From contig CAWCDG010000004.1 of NCBI GenBank assembly GCA_963794325.1, forward strand, positions 96,001 to 160,000: a stretch of 64,000 nucleotides of DNA, written 5' to 3'. The stretch is from an uncultured delta proteobacterium (lineage in GTDB: Bacteria; Desulfobacterota; Binatia; Binatales; Binataceae). The notes beneath the pieces are model-generated. The model did not search any database, was not told where the DNA came from, and was given only the letters and a program-made list of their open reading frames with translations. The position numbers were made by a program, and so were the translations under genes. Shown here piece after piece: positions 10,179 to 19,865 of the stretch (position 1 is the stretch's first letter; each line of letters begins with the position of its first letter).

Positions 10179-10655
10179 ATGGATGAAAAAGCAAAAAAAC
10201 AAGCGCTGTTGATGATCCCGTACGGGTTGTTCGTGCTCGGCGCAGCTCACGGCGGCAAGGCGACTGCCGCGACGGTCAACTGGGTCACGCAAGCCAGCTT
10301 CAATCCGCCGTTGGTCGTAGTCGGGATCAAGAAGGATTCGGGCTCGCATGCGATGGTGAAAGATTCGAAAAAGTTCGCGCTCTCGATGCTCGCATCCGGG
10401 CAGAAGGGAATCGCGGGCGCGTTCTTTCGTCATGTCGAGCCCAAGGACGGAAAGTTCGGTGACTTCGCGTTCGAGAACGGCAGCAACGGCGCACCGATCA
10501 TCAGCGACGCGCCGGCTTCGGTCGAATGCGAAGTGGTCGGCTTCTACGAGCTCGGCGATCACAGCGTCGTCGTCGGCAAAGTCAGCGAGGCACACGTCAA
10601 GCGCGACGCGGAGGCGCTGACGATGAAAGAAACCGGATGGAACTACGGCGGCTGA
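10179..10655 (+). CDS. Flavin reductase family protein
   Basis: AGGAGA RBS; IPYGLFV, WVTQASFNPPLV, GAPI, GDH, C-terminal YGG. Confidence 0.9.
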   Translation: MDEKAKKQALLMIPYGLFVLGAAHGGKATAATVNWVTQASFNPPLVVVGIKKDSGSHAMVKDSKKFALSMLASGQKGIAGAFFRHVEPKDGKFGDFAFENGSNGAPIISDAPASVECEVVGFYELGDHSVVVGKVSEAHVKRDAEALTMKETGWNYGG

Positions 10656-10662
10656 TGGAAGG

Positions 10663-11728
10663 GTGGCGGATTCCTCTGAAATTAAAGACGCGCTGGAGAG
10701 GCTGACTGCGAATGCCAGCCGCGAGTTGCTCGTCAAGCAGCCGCATTGGGGCGACGCTATCCTGTGCGACGGCCTCCTCTATGCGGCGCTTGCCCTGAAA
10801 ACGGACGCGCCGGTCGAGGCGGCGCAGCGATGGTTCGAGCCGAAGCTCGCGGCGGGTCCGCGCACCAATGGATGGTTCTGGTTCTGGGCGGCCGAAGCGC
10901 TGCCGGCGCTCGACCTGTATGAGAAGACCGGTGACGCGCGTTATCTCGAATATGCGCGCACGATCATAGATTTCATGGAACACACGGCGGCGCGCACCCT
11001 CGATGGCGCTCTCGTGCCGCACCCCCCAGCGATGGAAATCTGGATCGACGTGTCCTACTTCACGGCACCCGCAATGACGCTGCTCGGACGAATCTTGCAC
11101 GACGTCGCGATGCAGGATCGTGCGCTCGATCAGATGATCCTTCATGCGGATCATCTCGATCGATCCCCTCACCGGTCTTTTCTGGCACGTCGCCTACGTC
11201 GAAAAGAAGTCGCATTCGCGGTGCTTATGGGCTCGGGGCAATAGTTGGTTTTCGATCGCGGCGCCGCAAGTGATCGCGGAAATAGAAGCAGCCGGAGCGA
11301 CTCCACGGCTTGCCGCAAAGGTTGAGAAGATACAGACGGCGCTGGCGCGACAGCTCAACAAAATCGCCACGCTGCAGGACGAGTCGGGCTTGTGGCATAC
11401 CGTGATCGATCGCGACGATTCGTATCTCGAAGCGTCGTCGGCGGCTGGATTCGCGCTTGCGCTCGGACGCGCTCTTCGCGCGAGCCTGCCGGGCCTCGAC
11501 GACGCTCGCGCGCACAATGCGTACTTGCGCGCTCTCCGCGCCATTTGTTCGAAGATAGATGCGCACGGCGCGTTCAACGACGTGTCGCAACAGACACCGC
11601 CGGGCGACTTTGCGTTTTACAATTCGATCGAGGTCGGGACCGCGCCGTTTGCAACCGGCGTGTGCATGATGGCGCTCAGTGAGGCACTTGGAAACGAGAC
11701 ATGGCTGATAAAAATAAAAAAGTCGTAG
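10663..11728 (+). CDS. Glycoside hydrolase family 88/105 (unsaturated glycuronyl hydrolase-like); frameshift near 11157
   Basis: WIDVSY, joined HL-IDPLTGLFWH, WARGNSW, LQDESGLWHTV, YLEASSAA; two ORFs join on removing one base. Confidence 0.8.
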
Positions 11729-12762
11729 TTCTGCCGGGGGACGATGCGGCGCCGGAGGCGATGGCGGCGACGATGGACGCGCTGCGCGCCCTGAAACTTC
11801 CGATCGATTACGTCGAGTTCCCGGTCGGCGAGAAATGGGTGCGCGGCGAGACTGAGGCACTCGCGCGAAAGGCAATCGATGCGTCCGACACGACGCTGTT
11901 CGGGTCCACCTCGGGCAAGACTACCGCAATCACCTACCTCCGATGGGGCAAGCAGACCTTCGCGAACGTCCGGCCAGTGCGGTACTCGAAGGGTTTTGCG
12001 AGTCCGCTCGCCAAGCCTGAGGGAATCGACTTCGTGATCGTGCGCGAAAATCTCGAGGACCTGTATCTAGGGCTCGAAGGCCCGCTCGAAGCGCTCGCGC
12101 CGCTCAAGCTGATGAGCAAAATTCTGCGCGCGCCGCTCGATACGTCCGAGCGCGGCATCTATGCGATCAAAGTGATCACCGAGCGCGCGACGCGCCGCGT
12201 CGCCGAGTTCGCCTGCCAGCTCGCGATGAAGCGCAAGCGCGCCGGCGGCAAGGGCAAGCTCACCTGCACCTCGAAGTACAACATGCTGCGCGAGTCGGAT
12301 GGGCTGTTCCGCAGAATCGTCGAAGAAACCGCGGCCAAGTATCCTGAAATAAAATACGAACAGTTTATCGTTGACGACTTTGCGCGACGCCTCGTGCAAT
12401 CGCCGCACGATCTGGATGTAGTCGTCGCGCCGAATCTCTACGGCGACATTCTGTCTGACGCTGCCGCCGGGACGATCGGTGGTCTAGGTCTCGCGCCCAG
12501 CGGATGCTACGGCGACGACTACGCATACTTCGAGTCAGTGCATGGCACCGCGCCCGATATCATGGGGATGAACATCATAAATCCGTCCGCGACGATGCTC
12601 TCTGCCGCCTTGATGCTCGACTACCTCGGCTTCAGCGCCGACGCATCGCGACTGGACGCCGCAGTGCGCAAGGTTTACGCCGACGGCCGCGTCCTAACCC
12701 CCGACCAGGGCGGCACCGCGAAGACCTCGGAGTTCACCCGCGCCGTGATCGCGAATTTGTAG
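11701..12762 (+). CDS. Isocitrate/isopropylmalate/tartrate dehydrogenase family protein
   Basis: LPGDDAAPE, ANVRP, VRENLEDLY, NLYGDILSD, FESVHGTAPDI. Confidence 0.9.
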   Translation: MADKNKKVVVLPGDDAAPEAMAATMDALRALKLPIDYVEFPVGEKWVRGETEALARKAIDASDTTLFGSTSGKTTAITYLRWGKQTFANVRPVRYSKGFASPLAKPEGIDFVIVRENLEDLYLGLEGPLEALAPLKLMSKILRAPLDTSERGIYAIKVITERATRRVAEFACQLAMKRKRAGGKGKLTCTSKYNMLRESDGLFRRIVEETAAKYPEIKYEQFIVDDFARRLVQSPHDLDVVVAPNLYGDILSDAAAGTIGGLGLAPSGCYGDDYAYFESVHGTAPDIMGMNIINPSATMLSAALMLDYLGFSADASRLDAAVRKVYADGRVLTPDQGGTAKTSEFTRAVIANL

Positions 12763-13012
12763 TTACTCTATCTAACGTGAACCCCACCGTGGCGGATCGG
12801 ACGGCGTCTTTGCGAATGGAATATCCCGATGCTGATAGACGGCAAGTCGATTGCGGTGCGAGGAGAAACGCGGTGGATCGAAATTGGTCCGAGGCTCGCT
12901 GGCCAGCCGACCCTCGCGAACTCGCGGCTCAACTAGCGAATCTGATGCTGATTGAATAGCCTCTCCCTGATGGGAGCTTTGCGCAAATAACGCCGGCCGC
13001 AGGAGCGTTCGT

Positions 13013-13102
13013 CGAGATTCTTCGCTACAGCAGCTTTCGCTCAGAATGACTCAAGGAATCGTCCTGTTCTTTGTGTCTTCCTGAGCGCAGCGAAGGATCT
13101 CG
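13013..13102. repeat. Inverted pair of REP-like sequences (REPIN-like)
   Basis: CGAGATTCTTCGCT...CGCTCAGAATGAC and GTCTTCCTGAGCGCAGCGAAGGATCTCG are near reverse complements about 24 bp apart; share CGCTCAG core with the insert at 9686. Confidence 0.65.
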
Positions 13103-13226
13103 CGCGCAGCGCGTCTCGCTTCGCGCCGGCGTGAGGTTATACAAAGGTCTCCTGATAGCGAAAGGCCAGGATAGGACTCGGTCATAGAGTAGGTCTCAAA
13201 AAACTCATATAGTGAGGCGGAAATAG

Positions 13227-14213
13227 ATGTCGACTTTGAATTGGCCATCGGGCCGCTCAGTTAAGATTGCGGCGCGCGCTAATCAGCATTCGATCCATCT
13301 TACGGTTCATGAAACTGGCGACGGGCCCGCAGTGGTTTTCTGTCATGGGTTTCCTGAGCTGGCGTATTCGTGGCGGCATCAGGTGCCCGTCGTCGCGGCG
13401 GCGGGCTTTCGTGCGATCGCTCCCGATCAGCGCGGGTATGCGGACTCGAGCGCGCCGCCTGCAGTCACTGACTACGGCCTTACCGAGCTGACGGGAGATA
13501 TGGCTGGGATGCTCGACGCGCTGAAGATCGATCGCGCGATCTTCGTCGGTCACGACTGGGGCGGCTTCGTCGCGTGGGCGATGCCGCTGCTGTATCCGGA
13601 TCGGACGGCGGGGGTCATCGGAGTATGCACGCCTTACATGGCAATCCCGCCGATTTCGGTCTTGCGCGCGATGGTCAATGGCAAAGACGAGCGCATGTAC
13701 ATCGTATGGTTCCAGGAACCGGGGCGTGCGGAGAGCGTGATGGATTCGAAGGCGCGACTGATCTTCGATCGCTTGATGCGGGCGCCGCTCTCGCCGGAGG
13801 AGTCAGCTAAGCGCTCGATGGCGAGCGGCGAGCTGGACATGAATCCGTTCCGGCGTATCGAAGAGTTGAAGCCGGAGACTGCGACGATAGTTACTCGTGA
13901 AGAGCTCGACACTTATGTGCACGCATACGAGAAGAGCGGGTTTCGCGGTGGAATCAACTGGTATCGGAACATCGATCGCAACCTGCGCGAGCATCCTGAG
14001 ATTGGGGCGAAGAAGCTCGACCTGCCGTGCTTGATGATCACCGCCGAGTGGGACGGCGCGCTGCCGCCGCGAATGGCGGCTGGGATGCCGGCGCTATGCT
14101 CGGATCTCGAGATGCATAATATCGAGCGCGCGGGGCATTGGGTGCAGCAGGAGTTTCCGGATGAGGTGAATAAGACGATCGTGGGCTGGTTGAAGCGCCG
14201 GTTCAAGAAGTAG
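13227..14213 (+). CDS. Epoxide hydrolase-like alpha/beta hydrolase
   Basis: HGFPE, PDQRGY, GHDWGG nucleophile, NWYRN, GHWVQQE. Confidence 0.9.
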   Translation: MSTLNWPSGRSVKIAARANQHSIHLTVHETGDGPAVVFCHGFPELAYSWRHQVPVVAAAGFRAIAPDQRGYADSSAPPAVTDYGLTELTGDMAGMLDALKIDRAIFVGHDWGGFVAWAMPLLYPDRTAGVIGVCTPYMAIPPISVLRAMVNGKDERMYIVWFQEPGRAESVMDSKARLIFDRLMRAPLSPEESAKRSMASGELDMNPFRRIEELKPETATIVTREELDTYVHAYEKSGFRGGINWYRNIDRNLREHPEIGAKKLDLPCLMITAEWDGALPPRMAAGMPALCSDLEMHNIERAGHWVQQEFPDEVNKTIVGWLKRRFKK

Positions 14214-14276
14214 TGGACGCGCTCAAGCAGCCGCTGGATCTTGCGAGGTGTTAGCGCCGTCGCGATTGACAGGCAA

Positions 14277-14311
14277 CCTAACCCCTAACCCCTTCCCGAG
14301 CGGGAAGGGGG
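14277..14311. repeat. REP-like hairpin / possible bidirectional terminator
   Basis: CCTAACCCCTAA followed by CCCCTTCCCG-AG-CGGGAAGGGG inverted repeat between convergent genes. Confidence 0.55.
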
Positions 14312-14331
14312 ACCAGATTAAGAGGGAGCGA

Positions 14332-14712
14332 CTACTTAGTGTAGTCGAAGATTTCGTGCTCCTCGGTCAGGAAGATCGATGAGTGCTCGAAGTCGATGAA
14401 CTTCGATTCGTCTTCGAGCAGGGCGCGGGCTGCCTCGGCGCTGTCTTGCACCGCGCCGCCTCCGCTGAAGTCCTCGAGACTGTCCCACCATACTTCGGTA
14501 ATGCCGTCGTAGGTCTCTTTCATCTTTGGGCGGGTGTTGCGGATTCCCTTGCCCGCATCTTCGTGCACCGTATGACTCTGCACGTACTTCTTCGCGCGCA
14601 TCGACTTCGCGAAGCCGCGCACCAGCGGTCCGTGCTTCTTCAGCCAGTACTCGTGGAAATCTTTTTCCGAGATATCAGCGCGCTTTTTGACTATGTAAAC
14701 GAGTTTGATCAT
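14332..14712 (-). CDS. EthD domain protein
   Basis: MIKLV...F..YW...HGPL, YVQSH, YDGITEVWWDS, DE.KFID. Confidence 0.88.
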   Translation of the reverse strand: MIKLVYIVKKRADISEKDFHEYWLKKHGPLVRGFAKSMRAKKYVQSHTVHEDAGKGIRNTRPKMKETYDGITEVWWDSLEDFSGGGAVQDSAEAARALLEDESKFIDFEHSSIFLTEEHEIFDYTK

Positions 14713-14721
14713 TGCAACACC

Positions 14722-15963
14722 TCACATCGCACGTAATCGATTGAGTATCGTCTCGTCAAACACCTCAGCCGGCAGGACTTCGGGTCCGATGAATGCGGCC
14801 GGCGAGGCGTCGGGGAAATTACCGCGGAGACGTTCGTCGCGAACTTTCGCGCGGCGCTCGCGGGCGCGGTCGCTGAATTCGACGCTCAGTATCGAAAATG
14901 TCGAAGCGGTGAGCCTGAGCCGGCGCATCCGCTCGCGCCGTTCCTCCGCGTAAGGTCGAAACAGGTCGGGCGTCCAGTTGCGATCCTCGAGCATCAGGTC
15001 GCGGACGATGCGCACGTCACGGTAAGCGATCGACAATCCTTGCCCGATGATCGGATCGTTGTGGCCGGCGGCGTCGCCTATCAGCACGACGCCCGCGACG
15101 TATGGCACATCAGTCCAGGTGTCCTCGTTGCCGTACGAGTTGCAGGGCCCCGACGGAGTACCGTTCGCGAGGCACTCGCTGCGGGGGACACTCGCGAGGC
15201 GGAACGCGTCGAGGAAGCGCGCCTGGTTGTCGCCGCCGGCGAAGCGGCGCTTCTCGTCGAGCGCGTAACATATATAGAGACGCACGCGCTCGGCCGATTG
15301 CGGGAACGCGAGAAAGTTGATGCGCGCCTCGGTGCCGAAGATCTGCAAATCCGCTGGCCATCCCGTGGTGCCATCGACCAGCATCCCGGCCATCAGGTGA
15401 TGCGTCGGATCGCGATGCTGCTCGATGCCGGCCTGCGAGCGCACGACGGAGTTGCGGCCGTCGGCGCCGATGACGATACGCGGATTGAACTTGCGCTCGA
15501 CGCCGTTGTGCCTGAATCGCACGCCGGGCGCGGCTCCCGCGGTCAGCTGTACGTCGGTGACGCCGCGAAGCAGTTCGGCGCCTGCTTTGAGCGCCTCGGC
15601 GTTCAGCAGGTCGCACATGTCGGGATGTCGCATGCATAGCGGCGGCTTGAAGCCGGCGTTCTCGAAGGCTTTGAGGTCGAGCAGCTGAGACTCCGCGGTG
15701 GCGGCCTCGATGTCGTCGCCGTAAGCGATGTGCCGCCCGAGATGATGTCCTCCGGCCGCAAGCAACGTTTCGTACAGGCCGAGGCGCTGGGTTTCCGCGA
15801 CGCCCCACGGCGCGAGCCATTCGCCGCGCACATGATCGATATGCACCAGCGTCTTCTCGAGGATCGTCACAGTGATGCCGGCTTGGGCGAGCGCTGTCGC
15901 GAGCGCGCTCCCGCCGATTCCAGCGCCAACGATCACGACCTCGGGGTTGGCGTGTTTTTCCAT
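14722..15963 (-). CDS. FAD-dependent monooxygenase/oxidoreductase
   Basis: GAGIGG, RGEWL, IGADGRNS, LIGDAAG..DP..GQG. Confidence 0.9.
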   Translation of the reverse strand: MEKHANPEVVIVGAGIGGSALATALAQAGITVTILEKTLVHIDHVRGEWLAPWGVAETQRLGLYETLLAAGGHHLGRHIAYGDDIEAATAESQLLDLKAFENAGFKPPLCMRHPDMCDLLNAEALKAGAELLRGVTDVQLTAGAAPGVRFRHNGVERKFNPRIVIGADGRNSVVRSQAGIEQHRDPTHHLMAGMLVDGTTGWPADLQIFGTEARINFLAFPQSAERVRLYICYALDEKRRFAGGDNQARFLDAFRLASVPRSECLANGTPSGPCNSYGNEDTWTDVPYVAGVVLIGDAAGHNDPIIGQGLSIAYRDVRIVRDLMLEDRNWTPDLFRPYAEERRERMRRLRLTASTFSILSVEFSDRARERRAKVRDERLRGNFPDASPAAFIGPEVLPAEVFDETILNRLRAM

Positions 15964-15968
15964 GCGGC

Positions 15969-17481
15969 TCAGTTCACCACTATATCGAAGTGCGCGGTTT
16001 CAATTTTGCCCGCGCGTTTGAACTGTAGAAAAATTCGATAGTGGCCGGACTTGGGAAACCCGTAAGGCACGGACAGCTCCGGCGAGATGCTCGCGCTCGC
16101 GTTCATGTTCATGCCGGACATGTTCATGCCCGGCATCGAGTTGGAGGTGGCGTCGGAGTTGGTGCTGGCCATCATCAGCGACGCCATTGGGACAGAGCCT
16201 GAAGGATGGATGTGCGCGAACACTTGCAGGTCGGAGCTTATGATTTCGGCGTGCGCGGCCATTCCCATGTACGGCTCGACGTCGGACGCCGGCTTGCCGT
16301 TTTGATCCTGTACTTCGAAGCGCAGGATCATCGGCGCGTTCGCGCGAATCGCGGCGCCGTCGCGATGCCATACGACGCGCGTGCCGTCGTCGAGCACATC
16401 GATCGCGGAATCCGTTGACGACGTGAGCGCGGGCGCATGGCCACCGCAGTCATCGCCCTTGAGCGGTGTGCCGCTTATCTGCGGCAAGTCGATCGAGCCG
16501 ACCAGCGTCCAGGGAAATCCGGTTTGGTCCACGATGTCGGCGAACACGGTGTAGTGGCCGGGCTCAATCCGCGGGAGCGCGTCAACGAACGCTCCATCGG
16601 ACTGGCGATCTGGATGCAAATGCCAGATGCGGTCGAGCGCGGGCGTGCGCAGGAGGAACAGATGCATCAGATGGCCGTGGTCGGGCAGGATGCCGTCCAT
16701 GACGTTGAACCGCAGCCAAAGCTTGTCGTCCGGCGATGGACGAATCGCGAGGCGGTTACCATCGACAACGGTCAGCGCAAGTTTCGGTGGCTTGAATATT
16801 TTCGTAATCGCCGCATAGTTCCGCGCGTCGGCATTCCACCATGCGAATGCGAGATAGAAGATCGCCGCGACGATGACTCCGGTTATCGCCATCGCGCGCC
16901 ATCCGCGACGCTTGAGCTCGGGCGTGACCGGAGCACCCGGAGCGAGGCGCGATTCGCGAGCCGCGCCGCCGACAATTGAAACCGCGCCGATGGCCAGGGC
17001 GATCGCGAGCGTCAGCAGCAATGCGCCCAGCGCCGGCGGCATCGAGAGCATCCGGCGCGCGGCAGATGGAACCGGCACCGACATTTGCGCGTTACCATGC
17101 GGGACCCGCGACGTTTATCAGCACCCGCATCGAGCCGTACTCCATCAGCCAGAGACTCGAAGTGAAGAGATGCGGATCGATTGGAGAACGCTGAGCGGCG
17201 TCCGGGACGGGAGCATACTGCGAGCCCGCGCCTGCGAGGCGAGTCACCGCAGTGGTAACCTTCTGCACGTCGTCGGAGTTGGCACGAATCTGCACATCGG
17301 CGACACCGGGGATTACCGCGGGAACGTTGACCGTCACGAACAAGTGATACGGGCCGGCGTCGCCTTCGTAATAAACGTTGGGACTGCCGACATGCGCGTC
17401 GGCGGGGATCGCGAAGAGCAGGACCGCGACCGCGAGCATCGCGACACGGCTTGCCGATAGCGTCGGGCGGGAGCGGCGCAC
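15969..17481 (-). CDS. Membrane-anchored His/Met-rich putative copper-binding protein (~503 aa), mature N-terminal His; frameshift near 17105
   Basis: Signal peptide ...IPADA-HVGSP; extra C in GGTCCCG joins the two ORFs (AGPHGNAQMSVP); two TM helices; HGHLMH, WHLHP, MGMAAH, AHIHP and a Met-rich loop. Confidence 0.7.
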
Positions 17482-17482
17482 G

Positions 17483-18682
17483 TCAGCGGCGGACGGTGCG
17501 CATCCAGTTGCCCAGCGCCATTCCGATCGAGCAGAAGATTATCGACATCGCGAGCGCGATCATCATTCCTTCACTGAATGCGGCCCAAGTCTTATCCAAA
17601 TCGGCGAAATGATATGGGTTGTAGAGCAAATTGGCGGCGTCGAAAAACCCGAAATAGTTGGCGCCGAAAATTGGATTGCGCGCATAAGGCGAGATGAGGA
17701 ACTCCGCGAATGGCCACTGCGCCGCGACGAACGCCGCGATGAAAACAAATCCGGCTGCAAGCGCGGATTTCCAGCCGCCCCACTTCTCGCCCATCCGCGC
17801 GCGCAGCAGATCGAGCGCGAATGCGGGCACGATCACCAGTACCGGGAACCATAGCGGCACCATGTGCGTGACGTGCTGATACACCGGGCCGAGTTTGGGC
17901 GCGGCAGGGAATAGCGGGAAGATCCACAAGGCAGCGAGAAAGAGTCCGGTGTAAATTGCGGCCATCGTGGTCGCCGGCCAGCGATTTCTGGAGACGACTC
18001 GAGATCGCGATCAGCGCACAGCGGAAATGAAGTCGCCGACCGCGCGATAGAACTCCGAGCTGTGCATGAATTCCATCGGCGTCGATTCAAGGATGAACAA
18101 CGCCGAGCCTGCGACGACGATGCCGCCGATGGTGAGCAGCAGCCAGTCGAGGCGGCGCTGATAGCTGCCGGTCGCGCGGTTGAGATGCGCGCATACCAGC
18201 AGCATCGCGCCAAGTTCGATCATCAACTCGCCCATTCCGAGCATCGAATGCGGCAGGCTGACGATTTTGACATCGAGTCCGTAGGCGTTATGCCACCAGT
18301 TGTCGAAGGGCGCCGAAGTCAGCATCGCAAATCCGCCCCAGGCTGCCATGAAACATCCGAGCGGCCCGCGAAAGCCCCAGACCGAGATGCTTGAGTCCCT
18401 GGCTTCCTGCGAGTTGCCGAAGGTGGTCGATAGAATCGCGTAGCCGCTGGCAATCCCGGCCAGCACGCCCGCGAGATAGATCATCATGTGCGCGGGGGTC
18501 CAGAAGGTGTCGCGGCCGATCGAGATATGCCACGAGATGTCCCAGTAACCGCCGAACACGTCGGCGGCAGTCGCAGCGGCGAGGCACCACACGTACCACG
18601 GAATCGACGCGGTGCGCTCGGCCGCGACGCTACGAACGTCAGCGCGCGGGCGAAGGTCGAAGGTTGCGGCGGCATTTCCCAT
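17483..18682 (-). CDS. Polytopic membrane protein (~398 aa) with two PmoC/AmoC-like D-x3-H-x12/13-H motifs; local indels at about 18000-18040
   Basis: GAGGAG RBS before ATG 18682; WDISWHISIGRDTFWTPAH and FDNWWHNAYGLDVKIVSLPH; many TM helices; the two ORF halves share a frame. Confidence 0.7.
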
Positions 18683-18947
18683 GGCTGGTCTCCTCGACAA
18701 TTGTAGCGTTATGCCGCGCGTCCGCCCACAGGTGGAGACAATCGAAATCCTGCGCATGACTCCCGCTCACGTGCCATCGAGTGTTCCGTTCTGAAGCCTA
18801 AGCGCGCTGATGATGTTTGCTCGAATGACCTTTGATCGGCTGGCGCGGGCTATCGGCAGGATTCAGCGAATTCCAGTTAACCAACGATGACTGGCATCCC
18901 GCTTGCAGTTCATCGCTGTGGGGGCCTTTCCTACAAAAGGGGCGGGA

Positions 18948-19862
18948 ATGGCCGCGATGGTCGTCGCGCTGATACTGGTTGCGGGCGTTTTGCACGCGTC
19001 TGAGTACGGAGTTGGCACCTATCGTCCGGGCCAGGTCGATCTGTTCGCGGGCACGCTTCCGGCGCCGGGCGGACTGTTGGTGAAGAACTACTTCCTGTTT
19101 CAGGACGCGAGCCTTACCGCGCAACCCAACCACGTACCGGTGCGATTCCATACTCATACGATTACTTACACGGACGCGACGTTTATGACTTACACGACGC
19201 CATGGCGGATTTTCGGCGCGAACTGGGGAGTGGCGGCATTGGCGCAGACGCGAATCGCCGATCAGACGTTGCGGGTCACGGTGATTGGCGGACCTACCTC
19301 GAAGCAACATTCGACGGTTGGCGGATTTGGCGATCTGATCTTTTCGCCGTTGATGTTGAACTGGAACTTTTCGAAATTTCACCTGGTCAGCGCGCTGATG
19401 CTCTATGCTCCGACCGGCAGCTATGATCGCCGCCGCATTATCGACGTTGGGCTGAATCGATGGTCGATAGAGCCCGACCTCGGCGTGACCTGGCTGGATC
19501 CGGAAACGGGACGTCACGCATCGCTGTTCGTCGGCTATACCTTGAACGCTGAAAATCCTTCGACCCACTATGTGAGCGGCCAGGAATTCCACGCGGACTT
19601 CGTCTTCGCGCAGCACCTTCCGCACGGATTAGTTGCGGGGATAGCCGGCTACGCGGTGCAACAGACCACCGCGGACTCAGGCAGCGGGGCGACGCTGGGC
19701 GCATTCAAGGGGCGGGTGATTGCGTTGGGCCCGCTGGCCGGCATTACCGTTCCAATCCTGAAAGTACCGATCAATTTTTCCTTCAAGTACGAATTCGAAT
19801 TCGCCGTGCAAAACCGATCGACGGGAAATGAACTCTGGCTGACCGCTGCGTTGCGGTTCTGA
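18948..19862 (+). CDS. SphA / phenol-MetA-degradation family outer-membrane beta-barrel
   Basis: Signal peptide, Y.PG...F.G.LP.PG, GFGDL.FSP, APTGSYD, NR W, GY..QQTT.DSG, C-terminal F; start uncertain. Confidence 0.85.
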   Translation: MAAMVVALILVAGVLHASEYGVGTYRPGQVDLFAGTLPAPGGLLVKNYFLFQDASLTAQPNHVPVRFHTHTITYTDATFMTYTTPWRIFGANWGVAALAQTRIADQTLRVTVIGGPTSKQHSTVGGFGDLIFSPLMLNWNFSKFHLVSALMLYAPTGSYDRRRIIDVGLNRWSIEPDLGVTWLDPETGRHASLFVGYTLNAENPSTHYVSGQEFHADFVFAQHLPHGLVAGIAGYAVQQTTADSGSGATLGAFKGRVIALGPLAGITVPILKVPINFSFKYEFEFAVQNRSTGNELWLTAALRF

Positions 19863-19865
19863 GTC

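Noticed and set aside
11144-11244. Programmed ribosomal frameshifting at the split genes
   Set aside because: No slippery heptamers or shared context, and these families are not known to use it
12763-13226. Small gene between the dehydrogenase and the epoxide hydrolase
   Set aside because: Short ORFs lack an RBS or motifs; the region is partly explained by REP-like repeats
18011-18013. In-frame TGA in the PmoC-like gene as selenocysteine or read-through
   Set aside because: The in-frame reading around it is polar (GDFISAVR*SRSR), whereas removing three single bases gives a clean TM helix (AVATSFPLALIAISVVSRNRW); clustered indels explain it better and no SECIS was evident
15969-18682. Calling these genes pmoCAB/amoCAB or inferring methanotrophy
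   Set aside because: Only motif-level and architectural similarity; lengths, fusion state and the B-like sequence differ from canonical subunits
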